From assembly GCA_964453345.1 (NCBI GenBank), contig CAYVOC010000046.1, positions 1 through 10,531 on the forward strand: 10,531 nt of DNA, read 5' to 3'. The notes under the pieces are model-generated. The model saw only the letters and a list, made by a program, of their open reading frames with translations, ran no database searches and was not told the origin of the DNA. Shown in pieces: positions 1 to 8,361 of this stretch. Source of the stretch: an uncultured Aquificales bacterium (GTDB taxonomy: Bacteria > Thermosulfidibacterota > Thermosulfidibacteria > Thermosulfidibacterales > Thermosulfidibacteraceae). The stretch's first letter is position 1. Every line of letters starts with the position of its first letter. Position numbers and translations under genes: made by a program.

Positions 1-87
1 TGGAGGAGGAAATTTCTGGAGAGGATGCATCTTGCCTTTGAGAAGGATAGGAATACAGTGGCTTTGGGTAGTTGTGAGGGTGTGTAG
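1..87 (+). CDS. Probable 3' end of an upstream CDS (partial, product unknown)
   Basis: Frame 1 is open from the window edge: WRRKFLERMHLAFEKDRNTVALGSCEGV then TAG (85-87). Purine-rich codon style matches the other + strand genes. Too short to assign. Confidence 0.45.
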   Translation, partial: WRRKFLERMHLAFEKDRNTVALGSCEGV

Positions 88-157
88 AGGTTGTGGTATT
101 AGCAAAAATGGGTAATTTGTTGTTCCAAGTTATAGACTTAGCAAAAAGGTGACGGTT

Positions 158-1489
158 ATGGCCAAGGCCTTTGTCATAGCCGGTGTTGGAAGCGGATCCG
201 GAAAGACCACGGTCACATGCTCCGTTATACTCGCCCTGAAGAAGATGGGCTATAGAGTCCAGCCCTTTAAGGTTGGACCCGACTACATAGATCCTCAGCA
301 TCTGTCCAAGGCGGCAGGCAGACCCTGCAGGAATCTTGATGTCTGGATGATGGGGCCTGAGGGGGTGAGGGAAAACTTTCTGAGGGGTTGCTGCGGGGTT
401 GATGTGTGCGTGGTTGAGGGGGTGGGTGGGGTATACGATGGTTTGGGGTGCGAATCCTTTGCTTCGACAGCCCATGTGGCCAGGATCCTCGGGCTACCCG
501 TGATACTCGTTCTTGATGCCTGGGGGATTTCCAGGACAGCTGCGGCTTTGGTGAAGGGTATCAGGGACTTTGAGGATCTGGATGTTAGAGGCGTCATCTT
601 TAACTTTGCCGGAAGCGAGAGGCACTGCAGTCTGCTGAGGCAGGTTGTGGAGTCATCCCTCCCAGAAACTCGCGTGCTCGGTTGCATAGTCAGAAGCAAG
701 AAGGGCTTTGTTCCTGAAAGACACTTGGGGATACTGCAGGCGTGGGAGCTGGACTGGAGGGATAGGGAAGGGATACTGCTTGATCTTTCGAAGAATATTG
801 ATGTGGAGGGAATACTGGGCCTTGCGGTGGATGTGGAGGGTGCAGGTGTTTTTCCCCGGATGGAAGGATCCCTGAAGATTGCGGTGGCAAGGGACAGGGC
901 CTTTTCCTTTCTATACACGGAGACCCTTGAGGCCCTGGAGGAGAGTGGATGCAGGATAGTGTTTTTTTCTCCTGTGGACGGGGAAGGGATACCCTCCGAT
1001 GCCCGGGGGCTGATCCTCCCCGGCGGGTATCCGGAGCTTTGGGCGGATGAGCTTGAGGAAAGCGGTTTCTTTAAAGAGTTGAGGATTTATGCGGATTCGG
1101 GCATGCCCATCTACGCCGAGTGCGGAGGACTCATAGCCCTCTCAAGATGTGCCCTTTACAAGGGGAGGAGGCTTCCCATGGCCGGTGTTATTCCCGTGGA
1201 GGTGGAGTTCGGATCCAGGCCCCTTCTTGGATACGCGGCAGGCTCGGCCAGACCGGGACACCCCTTCTTGAGGGCCGACACCGTGGTGAAGGGCCATGTC
1301 TTTCACTATTCAAGGGCGAAGCTTTTGGGGGAGATTGACAGGGCATACAGGCTCTCCTTGCCCACGAGGGGGATGGAGCTGGACGAGGGCTTCGTGAAGG
1401 GGAAGGTGGTTGCCACCTACCTGCACACCTGCTGGGGATACGGGGAGGCCCGCCGCATCATGGAGGGTTTTTTAGAGGCGGCTGTTTAG
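158..1489 (+). CDS. cbiA: Cobyrinate a,c-diamide synthase family protein (CbiA/CobB; family also includes DsrN and CfbB)
   Basis: N-terminal P-loop [57 protein letters not shown] and the GATase nucleophile motif IYAECGG. ATG at 158 is preferred over GTG at 149 because an AAGGTGA Shine-Dalgarno lies just upstream. Confidence 0.9.
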   Translation: MAKAFVIAGVGSGSGKTTVTCSVILALKKMGYRVQPFKVGPDYIDPQHLSKAAGRPCRNLDVWMMGPEGVRENFLRGCCGVDVCVVEGVGGVYDGLGCESFASTAHVARILGLPVILVLDAWGISRTAAALVKGIRDFEDLDVRGVIFNFAGSERHCSLLRQVVESSLPETRVLGCIVRSKKGFVPERHLGILQAWELDWRDREGILLDLSKNIDVEGILGLAVDVEGAGVFPRMEGSLKIAVARDRAFSFLYTETLEALEESGCRIVFFSPVDGEGIPSDARGLILPGGYPELWADELEESGFFKELRIYADSGMPIYAECGGLIALSRCALYKGRRLPMAGVIPVEVEFGSRPLLGYAAGSARPGHPFLRADTVVKGHVFHYSRAKLLGEIDRAYRLSLPTRGMELDEGFVKGKVVATYLHTCWGYGEARRIMEGFLEAAV

Positions 1490-1511
1490 TTTGGCCCTTC
1501 CCGACCGATTT
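1485..1511 (+). promoter_or_regulatory. Putative sigma28 (FliA/SigD) promoter
   Basis: TTTAGTTT(1485-1492)-N11-ACCGATTT(1504-1511) versus the consensus TAAAGTTT-N11-GCCGATAA. Spacing is exact, and a GGAGGGGAG SD and ATG 1534 follow. Confidence 0.6.
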
Positions 1512-1533
1512 TGTATTCTGGAGGGGAGTAGCC

Positions 1534-1959
1534 ATGCGGGTGGGGTCCATCTCTCAGATCCAGGTGGCCATGGCGAAGGGGGATAAGAAGAGAGAAAGGC
1601 AGATTATTGAGGAACTCAAGCGGACGGATCAGAAGGTCAGACAGCATGAGATGGCCCACAAGGTTGCAGGGGGAAGATACGCCGGCCCGCCCCACTTCAG
1701 GTTTGTTAAGGGTCCCGACGGGAGGTTGTATGCCGTGGCCGGCGAGGTCAACATAGATGTGAGCGAAGAGAGGGATCCGGAAGAGACCATAAGGAAGATG
1801 GAGACGGTGATAAGGGCTGCCCTTGCCCCCGCCGATCCCTCGCCCCAGGACAGAAGGGTGGCTGCGGAGGCCGCCCGCAAGCTCATGAAGGCTCAAATGG
1901 AGCTTGCAAGGCAGAGGCAGAAGTCGGGTGAAGGATCCCGGTTCTCCCTTTTAGCTTAG
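1534..1959 (+). CDS. SprA-related family protein (putative metalloprotease, CJM1_0395-like, HExxH)
   Basis: Family motifs D..VR.HE.AH (HEMAH), GPDG..YAV.GEV.ID and T..K...V..AALAPA.PS.QD..VAA.A. Strong SD at 1520-1528. Confidence 0.85.
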   Translation: MRVGSISQIQVAMAKGDKKRERQIIEELKRTDQKVRQHEMAHKVAGGRYAGPPHFRFVKGPDGRLYAVAGEVNIDVSEERDPEETIRKMETVIRAALAPADPSPQDRRVAAEAARKLMKAQMELARQRQKSGEGSRFSLLA

Positions 1960-2433
1960 CTCGAGGATCTCCGCACCCATTCCTTCCAGGTCCACGATTG
2001 CCACCGTGGGTTTGCCTGTTAGCCAGCCGCAGCATTCTCCCGGGTTTACCACGAGGGTGTCGCCCACCCTTTCCACCACCGGTTTGTGGGTGTGCCCGTA
2101 GAGGATTACGTGGTATTCTCCGGATGCGGCGATCTCTTTTACAAAGTGGTGGTAGTGCTTGATCAGGATCTTTTTGCCGGAAAGCTCTATCTGCTTGGGT
2201 TCCTTTGAGAGCCTTCCGTCGGATCTTTTTAGAAGTATTTCAATCTCCCCATCGTTGTTTCCCAGAACGCCTATCCACTCAAATCCGGACTGGTTCAGCA
2301 AATCCAGGCAGAAGGGGGAGATTATGTCGCCGCAGTGTATAACAATGTCCACGCCCCTTTCCTGAAACACCTCCAGTGCCCTTTTAACGTTGTCCAGATG
2401 ATCGTGGGTGTCCGAGATGACTCCAAGCAGCAT
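1951..2433 (-). CDS. Metallophosphoesterase, YfcE/MJ0936 family
   Basis: Calcineurin-like motifs SDTH, HCGD, GNND, H, GHTH and NPG. SD GGGGAGGGAG upstream of the ATG. Confidence 0.92.
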   Translation of the reverse strand: MLLGVISDTHDHLDNVKRALEVFQERGVDIVIHCGDIISPFCLDLLNQSGFEWIGVLGNNDGEIEILLKRSDGRLSKEPKQIELSGKKILIKHYHHFVKEIAASGEYHVILYGHTHKPVVERVGDTLVVNPGECCGWLTGKPTVAIVDLEGMGAEILELS

Positions 2434-2465
2434 GGTTGCTCCCTCCCCTTTTTTCGTCTATTTCA

Positions 2466-2494
2466 AGGATAGGGGAGTCTTTTGCGGCGGTCAA
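2466..2494 (-). promoter_or_regulatory. Putative sigma70 promoter for the metallophosphoesterase
   Basis: Minus strand TTGACC(2494-2489)-N17-TATCCT(2471-2466), about 30 nt upstream of the start codon. Confidence 0.55.
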
Positions 2495-2497
2495 GAA

Positions 2498-3190
2498 ATG
2501 GATGATATGGAAAAGAGCCTTTTTGCGCTTCTAAGGTGGTATCAGGCGGCGGGAATAGGGCACTACTTTGCTACGGGGGATAGGGTTGAGATGCCTGTGA
2601 AAGAGAGTGCTTCCCAAGGCGGATCCGACAAGGCCAGGCTTCTTGAGGCCGTGAGGGAGGAGCTTGGCGATTGCAAGAGGTGTCCTCTGTGGAAGACCAG
2701 AAGGCACATAGTCTTCGGAGAGGGAAGTCCTGAGGCGAAGGTTATGTTTGTGGGCGAGGCCCCGGGCGAGGAGGAAGACAAGCAGGGGAGGCCCTTTGTG
2801 GGCATGGCGGGGCAGCTTCTCACGAGGCTCATAGAGGAGGTCGGCTGGAGGAGGGAGGAGGTTTACATTGCGAATGTTCTGAAGTGCAGGCCGCCGGGAA
2901 ACAGAAATCCCAAGGAGGAGGAGATAGAGGCCTGTAGTCCTTTTCTTTTGAAGCAGATCGACGTGATAAAACCGAAGATTATATGCGCCCTCGGAACCTT
3001 TTCAGCCCAGCTGCTTCTGGGCAAAAAACTGCCCATAAGCAGGATAAGGGGAAGGGTGCTCGTGGGCTGGAAGGGATATAGAATTTTCCCCACCTACCAT
3101 CCCGCTTACCTTTTGAGGAATCCCAAGCAGAAGACGGTGGCCCTCAACGACTTCAGGCTTCTTAAGAGGCTGGTCGAGGATGAGGCCTAA
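2498..3190 (+). CDS. udg: Uracil-DNA glycosylase, family 4 ([4Fe-4S] type)
   Basis: CKRC...VFGEG, FVGEAPGEEED..G.PFVG.AG.LL, YIANVLKCRPP.NR.P...E...C and PTYHPAYLLR. The ORF-track start at 2408 overlaps the divergent gene, so ATG 2498 (or 2507) is more likely. Confidence 0.93.
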   Translation: MDDMEKSLFALLRWYQAAGIGHYFATGDRVEMPVKESASQGGSDKARLLEAVREELGDCKRCPLWKTRRHIVFGEGSPEAKVMFVGEAPGEEEDKQGRPFVGMAGQLLTRLIEEVGWRREEVYIANVLKCRPPGNRNPKEEEIEACSPFLLKQIDVIKPKIICALGTFSAQLLLGKKLPISRIRGRVLVGWKGYRIFPTYHPAYLLRNPKQKTVALNDFRLLKRLVEDEA

Positions 3191-4178
3191 GCTCGTCTTT
3201 CTGCCCAACTGGGTGGGCGATTTTCTCATGGCCATGGCATATCTGGGGGATCTTGCCCTTGAGGGGAAGGTGCTTCTTTTTGGGAAGGCGAGGTTCTTTG
3301 AGCTTGTTAGAGGGGCTCTTCCCCCCGGGGTGTGGATGGACAGGGGCAGAAGCTTTCTTGAAGACTGGTGGAACCTGTTCAGGTCCTCGGCTGTTGAGGC
3401 CGTTCTTCTTCCCAACTCCTTCTATTCCGCCCTCGTTTCCACCCTTGCCGGTATGAAGTGCACCGGGGTTGTTTCCGATGGGAGGGGGTTTCTGCTCACC
3501 AGAAGGGTGTTTCTGGATAGGGACAGGATAGTCCATCAGGCCGAGATCTATCGCATGGTCCTGGCCAAAGCGCTTCTGGAGGTTCCTGAAAAACCTGATC
3601 CCTTTATTTATCTGGCTGACGAGGATCTCGAGTGGGCCAAGGAGAGGTTGAGGAGGCTGGGATGGGAGGGGGAGAGGATGCTCATCGTGCATCCGGGGGC
3701 ATCCAAACCGGAGAGGTGCTGGCCGGCCGATAGGTTCAGGGAGGTTGTTGCGAGGGCCTTGAGAAGGGGATGGGTTGTGGCCCTTGTTGGCGGGGGCTCC
3801 GATGCCAAGATTGCGGAGCGTGTGTGCGATGGCTTGGGAGACGGTTGCTTCAATCTGGCTGAGGAAAACCCTCCTTTGGGGAGGCTTGCCGCCTTCATTT
3901 CCCAGGGGGATCTCTTTTTGGGCAACGACAGCGGTCCGTTGCATATAGCCGCCGCCCTCGGGCTTGATTGTGTGGGAATTTATGGGACAAGTGTTCCCGA
4001 AAAGACGGGTCCCCTTCTGGCTGAGGGAGCCAGGTTTGTTCCTGTGGCGAGCAGGTTTCCCTGCTCCCCCTGCAGGGAGAGGTTCTTTAAGGAGTGCGAG
4101 CCTGTGGGGGGAATACCTCCCTGCATCGACGCCATAGGGGTTGAGGAGGTCTGGGAGGCTCTGGAGTCCCTTATGTGA
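3180..4178 (+). CDS. Glycosyltransferase family 9 (ADP-heptose:LPS heptosyltransferase, WaaF-like)
   Basis: PNWVGD.LM N-terminus, LPNSF.SA, HPGAS...R.WP, GNDSGPLHIAAALG, GIYG.S.P and a C-terminal CSPC...C...C. Overlaps the udg 3' end by 11 nt. Confidence 0.88.
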   Translation: MRPKLVFLPNWVGDFLMAMAYLGDLALEGKVLLFGKARFFELVRGALPPGVWMDRGRSFLEDWWNLFRSSAVEAVLLPNSFYSALVSTLAGMKCTGVVSDGRGFLLTRRVFLDRDRIVHQAEIYRMVLAKALLEVPEKPDPFIYLADEDLEWAKERLRRLGWEGERMLIVHPGASKPERCWPADRFREVVARALRRGWVVALVGGGSDAKIAERVCDGLGDGCFNLAEENPPLGRLAAFISQGDLFLGNDSGPLHIAAALGLDCVGIYGTSVPEKTGPLLAEGARFVPVASRFPCSPCRERFFKECEPVGGIPPCIDAIGVEEVWEALESLM

Positions 4179-4888
4179 TGAAGTATAGGAGGCTGGTCAA
4201 TCCAGAAGGGCTGGTTCCCTTTCAGGTAAGATTTAAGGAGAGCAACCTCCTTATCCTTGCAGAAAGGGATCTCTCCTCGGAGGCGGTTGAGAGACTTGTT
4301 AAGCTGCGCGGGGAGCTTGATGAGTATGTTGAGAGGCATCCGCTTTTTGTGAAGAGCCTTGTCCCCCTGCCCTTTGATGAGGAGGCGCCCCAGGTTGTTA
4401 AAAGGATGCTGAAGGCCTGTTCCGTGGCCGGGGTTGGCCCCATGGCGGCTGTTGCGGGGGCTGTGGCGGAGGAGTTGGGAAGGTTCCTGGTGGGCTTTTC
4501 CAAGGAGGTGATAGTGGAAAACGGCGGTGATATATATCTGCGCTCCTCAACCGAGAGGGTCGTTTCGGTGTATGCCGGTTCCTCACCCTTCTCCGGCAGG
4601 ATTGGCATAAGGCTGCCCGCCGGAGAGTGGGGTGTTGCCACATCCTCCGGGACCGTGGGCCACTCTTTGAGCTTTGGCAGGGCTGATGCGGCGGTTGTGG
4701 TGTCCCCTTCGGCGGCTCTCTCTGACGCCTTTGCAACTGCCCTGGGAAACAGGGTTGAGGGTGAGGAGGACATAGAGCAGGCGCTGAGGTGGATTTCCGA
4801 TTTTGAGGAGCAGGGCGTCCTTGGTGCCCTGCTCCTTGTTGGCGGAAGGATGGGTGCCTGGGGGAAGATAGAGCTGGTGAAGCTCTAA
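4178..4888 (+). CDS. UPF0280 family protein (ApbE superfamily)
   Basis: VGPMAAVAGA, IVENGGDI and TSSGTVGHSLSFG.ADA motifs. TGATG stop/start overlap with the GT9 gene (alternative GTG at 4175). Confidence 0.88.
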   Translation: MKYRRLVNPEGLVPFQVRFKESNLLILAERDLSSEAVERLVKLRGELDEYVERHPLFVKSLVPLPFDEEAPQVVKRMLKACSVAGVGPMAAVAGAVAEELGRFLVGFSKEVIVENGGDIYLRSSTERVVSVYAGSSPFSGRIGIRLPAGEWGVATSSGTVGHSLSFGRADAAVVVSPSAALSDAFATALGNRVEGEEDIEQALRWISDFEEQGVLGALLLVGGRMGAWGKIELVKL

Positions 4889-6660
4889 GCTGCCCTGCTG
4901 TAGAACCACTTCTTGGCCTCTCCGTAGGCCTTGCGCAGTTCCTCCATGGCCTTGAGCAGGTAATATCCTGCCTGGGTGAGGGTGTTGGTGCCCAGAAACT
5001 TCGTCATGCGCGCTATGCGGATCACTTCGCTGAAGGTCTCCGGATCAAGCCCTGAGAGCTTCTCCACCTTCTTCCAGCGATCGGGCCTGACCCTGATCTT
5101 CTTCTCCCTCTCGTAGAGGGTTCCCACCTCCCTTATGGCCTCGACAACCCTGACAAGATGGGGGGTTACGGGATTGCCAAAACCGCTTGTGACGCCTGCA
5201 AGCGCCCTTTTGAGATAAATACCCGCCTCGGTCAGTATCACTATCCCTGTGGGCAGAATCTCGACAAAGCCCTTGGCGTCCAGCATCTCTATGGCCTTGC
5301 GTATCTTGTGGCCCCCCTCCTCGTTGTATTTCTCCATGTATTCCTTCAGATAGAGGACGTTCTGCTCCGATATCTTGGAGAGCACCTCCATCTCGTAGTC
5401 GGTTATGTGGGGCAGTCTGTCTATGGATGCCGCCATGTTTGCATACATCTCTCCGGACTTTGACGGGCCGAAGTTGCCCACGAGTCCCTGGCTTCTTGCC
5501 TCCTCATACCAGTCAACACCGGGCGCCATAAACTCCTTCCTGGTTATGGTGATGCACTTGACTGCGGGAGAGGTTATGGCCCTTCTGTTCTGTTTCTGAT
5601 CCTCAAGGACCTTCTTGCCCCACTCCGTGAACTCGTAAACCAGTCTTCCCTTGGGTCCTATAACGGAGGTCAGGATTCCGAAACACTCGAGGGAGTAGAG
5701 GCACTTCATGGTGTCCTTTTCCAGATCGGGGCGCTTCTTGGCGATCCACTCCCTTATCTGCTTGGGCGTGGGAGCTATCTCCGGATTTTCCTTGTGCTTC
5801 TGCCACAGCTCGTCGATGGTGAAGATAACCTCTATGTCGTCGTCGCTGAGAACAATGGAGGGGGTAAGGAGCATGGCTCCCTCGTTGTATAGCTTATAGG
5901 CCATGTAGAGGGCTTCTCCCGCGGGCAAAAGCTCAAGGTTCTCGTCAATGTAGGCCATGGCCTGGAGGGTAACGATGTCGTTTTCGCTTAGGTCCTGGGG
6001 GGACTCCTTCGCCCTCTTAACCGCAAGCATGATGTCCACGCTCACAACGGTGGGGAAGGGCTGTGCCCCCTTCTCTATGGCCTCCTTTATCTTCTGCCCC
6101 AGACCCGTGAAGGTGAAGAAGTCGGCAGGCGGCATGGAGAAGGCTATGAGCCTCTGCGCCTCAAGCTGCTTCACGAGTTCATCTTCTATGTTGACAGCCC
6201 CCGTCTTCTTGACAGGTCCCACGGGAAGCTTCCTGATGAGCTTTGCCAGCTCCTGATCAATAACAAGCTGGGGCCTTGCAAGCCTGTATATCTCCCAGAG
6301 TTCCTCACCTTCAGGTGTGAGTTTGCCATCCTTCGCAAGTCCCCTTTCCTCAAGGGGCTTCACGAAGTCCTCGGGGATTCTGCCGGATGCCTTTATAACC
6401 GAGTCAACCATGGCTATCACGTCGGATCCCACGAACCTGAAGTTGTCAGGCCAGCTTTCGGTATCAATGCCCTTCTCCTCTATGGCCTTTATCAGGTCAG
6501 CTAAGGACTCTCCGGTGTAGGTTAGGGCGTAGTATCCCGGCAGCTCGAACTTCAGGATCCCCGCAAGCTCAAGGATCCGTGCCTCCTCGGTCCCCTTCTC
6601 CGGCCTTTCGCCGGCGGCGATTCTTTTGAGAAGCTTGACTCCCTTGCCGGTTATGATCAT
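4885..6660 (-). CDS. DUF505-like protein (uncharacterised, tandem winged-helix-like repeats)
   Basis: 591-aa ORF with strong SD AGGAGGTGA (6673-6665). Length and motifs (FT.LG, LE.FG, VGTLY.REKK.R..P) resemble DUF505/COG1542 proteins as I recall them; not verified by search. Eight recurring [LF]T..G..[LIV]-type motifs. Confidence 0.7.
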   Translation of the reverse strand: MIITGKGVKLLKRIAAGERPEKGTEEARILELAGILKFELPGYYALTYTGESLADLIKAIEEKGIDTESWPDNFRFVGSDVIAMVDSVIKASGRIPEDFVKPLEERGLAKDGKLTPEGEELWEIYRLARPQLVIDQELAKLIRKLPVGPVKKTGAVNIEDELVKQLEAQRLIAFSMPPADFFTFTGLGQKIKEAIEKGAQPFPTVVSVDIMLAVKRAKESPQDLSENDIVTLQAMAYIDENLELLPAGEALYMAYKLYNEGAMLLTPSIVLSDDDIEVIFTIDELWQKHKENPEIAPTPKQIREWIAKKRPDLEKDTMKCLYSLECFGILTSVIGPKGRLVYEFTEWGKKVLEDQKQNRRAITSPAVKCITITRKEFMAPGVDWYEEARSQGLVGNFGPSKSGEMYANMAASIDRLPHITDYEMEVLSKISEQNVLYLKEYMEKYNEEGGHKIRKAIEMLDAKGFVEILPTGIVILTEAGIYLKRALAGVTSGFGNPVTPHLVRVVEAIREVGTLYEREKKIRVRPDRWKKVEKLSGLDPETFSEVIRIARMTKFLGTNTLTQAGYYLLKAMEELRKAYGEAKKWFYSRAA

Positions 6661-6692
6661 ACTTTCACCTCCTCTGCGGGTTTTCTACGCTT

Positions 6693-6721
6693 AAAATGCA
6701 TCTTGAGTAATATAATGTCAA
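6693..6721 (-). promoter_or_regulatory. Possible sigma70 promoter for the DUF505-like gene
   Basis: Minus strand perfect TTGACA (6721-6716), then N17 and a weak -10 CATTTT (6698-6693), in an AT-rich intergenic region. Confidence 0.4.
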
Positions 6722-6755
6722 GTTTTCTTATATTTGCGATTTATCTTGTTGCCTC

Positions 6756-6784
6756 TTGACATACTCCCCGGTAGATTTTAACAT
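6756..6784 (+). promoter_or_regulatory. Sigma70 promoter for tRNA-Gly-lptE-holA
   Basis: TTGACA(6756-6761)-N17-TAACAT(6779-6784), ending 14 nt upstream of the tRNA 5' end. Confidence 0.75.
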
Positions 6785-6798
6785 AAAAATCGGAAAGA

Positions 6799-6873
6799 GC
6801 GGGCGTAATTCAGGGGTAGAATGCCAGCTTCCCAAGCTGGAAGTCGCGGGTTCGAATCCCGTCGCCCGCTCCA
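6799..6873 (+). tRNA. tRNA-Gly (anticodon CCC)
   Basis: Cloverleaf: acceptor GCGGGCG/CGCCCGC, D-arm ATTC/GAAT, anticodon arm CCAGC-TTCCCAA-GCTGG, T-arm GCGGG-TTCGAAT-CCCGT, discriminator T and encoded CCA. Confidence 0.97.
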
Positions 6874-6895
6874 ATTTTTTATTTTAAGGTGCCGG

Positions 6896-7399
6896 ATGAG
6901 GTGGATCCTTCCCCTGCTCTCTCTTTTGGTTCTATCCTGCGGATACAGGCTCGTTGGAACCTATCCGGAAGGAAGCAAGAGGGTTCACCTTGCGGGTTCC
7001 AAGGTCTATGTGGCTCCCTTTAAAAACAGAACAGAGGAGCCAAATGTGGAGTATTACATAACCGATCAGCTGGTCTCCTCCCTTCAGAGGACCGGTAAGA
7101 TCACCATAGTTTCCCGTGAGGAGGCCGATTACACCGTGGAGGGGGAGGTGGTGGGCTACACCAAGGATGTGGTGGCCCTTGACAGCTCCGGGGACGTTTC
7201 CGTTTACAGGTTGACCATTTCGGCGAATGTGGTGGTCAAGGATAGGGACGGGAAGGTGCTTGAAAGGCTTAAGGGGATAAGCGAGTATGAGGATTACCAG
7301 GTATACAGCGACATAGAGAGGACGAAATCCGCCGAAAGGGAGGCGGTTGAGCGTATCTCCCAGGAGATAGGACAGCTTATAGCCTCGCTTCTGCTGTGA
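6896..7399 (+). CDS. lptE: LPS assembly lipoprotein LptE family
   Basis: Start at ATG 6896 (SD AAGGTG), since the ORF-track start 6821 lies inside the tRNA. Signal peptide with lipobox LLVLS-CGY(R), F.N.T.EP motif, AD..V.G.V and Y.L...A.V. Conserved position directly upstream of holA. Confidence 0.85.
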   Translation: MRWILPLLSLLVLSCGYRLVGTYPEGSKRVHLAGSKVYVAPFKNRTEEPNVEYYITDQLVSSLQRTGKITIVSREEADYTVEGEVVGYTKDVVALDSSGDVSVYRLTISANVVVKDRDGKVLERLKGISEYEDYQVYSDIERTKSAEREAVERISQEIGQLIASLLL

Positions 7400-8361
7400 T
7401 GAGGATACACACTCCCAAGGCCTTTGCTGCTCTTTTAAAGAGGGAAAAGCCCTCGAAGGTTCTGATCGTTGGAACGGAGTCCGCATTTGTTAAGAAAACC
7501 GTGGATCTTCTCATAGATGCCTGGGGCGTTCCCAAGGAGAGCGTTCGGGAGTTTTTTGATCCTTCCCAGCTCACCCTTGATGAGCTGTCGGACGCCCTTT
7601 TCTCGGCGTCTCTCTTTTCCAGTGCCAGTGTGGTTATTCTGAGGGATTGCTGGAGGTTTATAGAGGGCCTGTCGCAGAAGCAAAGGGCTGTTTTTAAAAG
7701 GATGCTTGAGGAAAAGCCTTCCGATGTATGTCTCATCATGATTTCCGAGGAAGAAGGGGATCCGGAAAGGCTTCCAGTGGTGAGGTTTGTTAGGGATCTC
7801 TCCTTTGAGGTTGTGAACTGCAGGAAGGCCCGTCCCCAGGAGATGAAACAGTGGTTGAAAAAGAGGCTTAGGGGGATGGGGCTTGAGGATGAGGCCCTGC
7901 TGGAAGCCCTTGTGGAGGCCTCCGGTGGGAGCATGGAGGCCCTGCAGAGGGAGCTTGAGAAGCTCACTGTTGGAGGCAGAAGGGATTCTATTTCCAATGT
8001 GAAGGGATACACCCCCTGGGATCTTCTGAACCTTATGGTGGACGGGGACTGGAGGGCCTTTGAAGCCTTTGACTATCTGGTGAGGATAGGGGTCTCCTAT
8101 TTAGCCATACTTTCAACCATCCAGCTTGGCCTGCGCAACATGTTGCTCTGGAAGGCCGGGGTCAGAAGCTTTTCCAGGGGTGTTGAGATCATGATGGAGA
8201 GAAGCCTCCAGAAGATCGGTGTGGATGGCGCTCGGAGGCTTTATAAAAGAAGCATAGAGCTGGAAAAGAAGCTGAAGTTTTCCGCATCCGGTGATCTTGC
8301 AAGACGGGCCTTTGAGGAGTTTATAGCCTGGGCCCTTGTTGAGGGGATACGCTCCCCGTGA
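7399..8361 (+). CDS. holA: DNA polymerase III subunit delta (divergent)
   Basis: About 320 aa with LI.G.E..F, S.SLF....VV, W.......G and G.....L..ELEKL motifs. TGATG overlap with lptE matches the conserved lptE-holA synteny. Confidence 0.78.
   Translation: MRIHTPKAFAALLKREKPSKVLIVGTESAFVKKTVDLLIDAWGVPKESVREFFDPSQLTLDELSDALFSASLFSSASVVILRDCWRFIEGLSQKQRAVFKRMLEEKPSDVCLIMISEEEGDPERLPVVRFVRDLSFEVVNCRKARPQEMKQWLKKRLRGMGLEDEALLEALVEASGGSMEALQRELEKLTVGGRRDSISNVKGYTPWDLLNLMVDGDWRAFEAFDYLVRIGVSYLAILSTIQLGLRNMLLWKAGVRSFSRGVEIMMERSLQKIGVDGARRLYKRSIELEKKLKFSASGDLARRAFEEFIAWALVEGIRSP

Noticed and set aside
88-157. Promoter upstream of cbiA
   Set aside because: AT-rich with a TAGACT hexamer (133-138) but no convincing -35 at proper spacing.
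2443-2477. Inverted repeat CTCCCCT...AGGGGAG in the divergent intergenic region
   Set aside because: Only 7 bp with a 21-nt loop, and one arm is the SD of the minus-strand gene, so it is probably incidental.
2408-2497. ORF-track N-terminal extension of UDG
   Set aside because: Overlaps the start, SD and promoter of the divergent phosphoesterase gene, and the sequence is not UDG-like.
6821-6895. ORF-track N-terminal extension of lptE
   Set aside because: Overlaps tRNA-Gly. The signal peptide and SD point to ATG 6896.
6799-6895. tRNA as integration site of a genomic island or prophage
   Set aside because: No integrase and no duplicate of the tRNA 3' end seen by eye. Flanking genes have host-like composition.
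4176-8361. Other TGA stops (GT9 4176, lptE 7397, holA 8359) as Sec codons
   Set aside because: These proteins are already full length, two of the stops form TGATG overlaps with the next gene, and I saw no comparable hairpin downstream.
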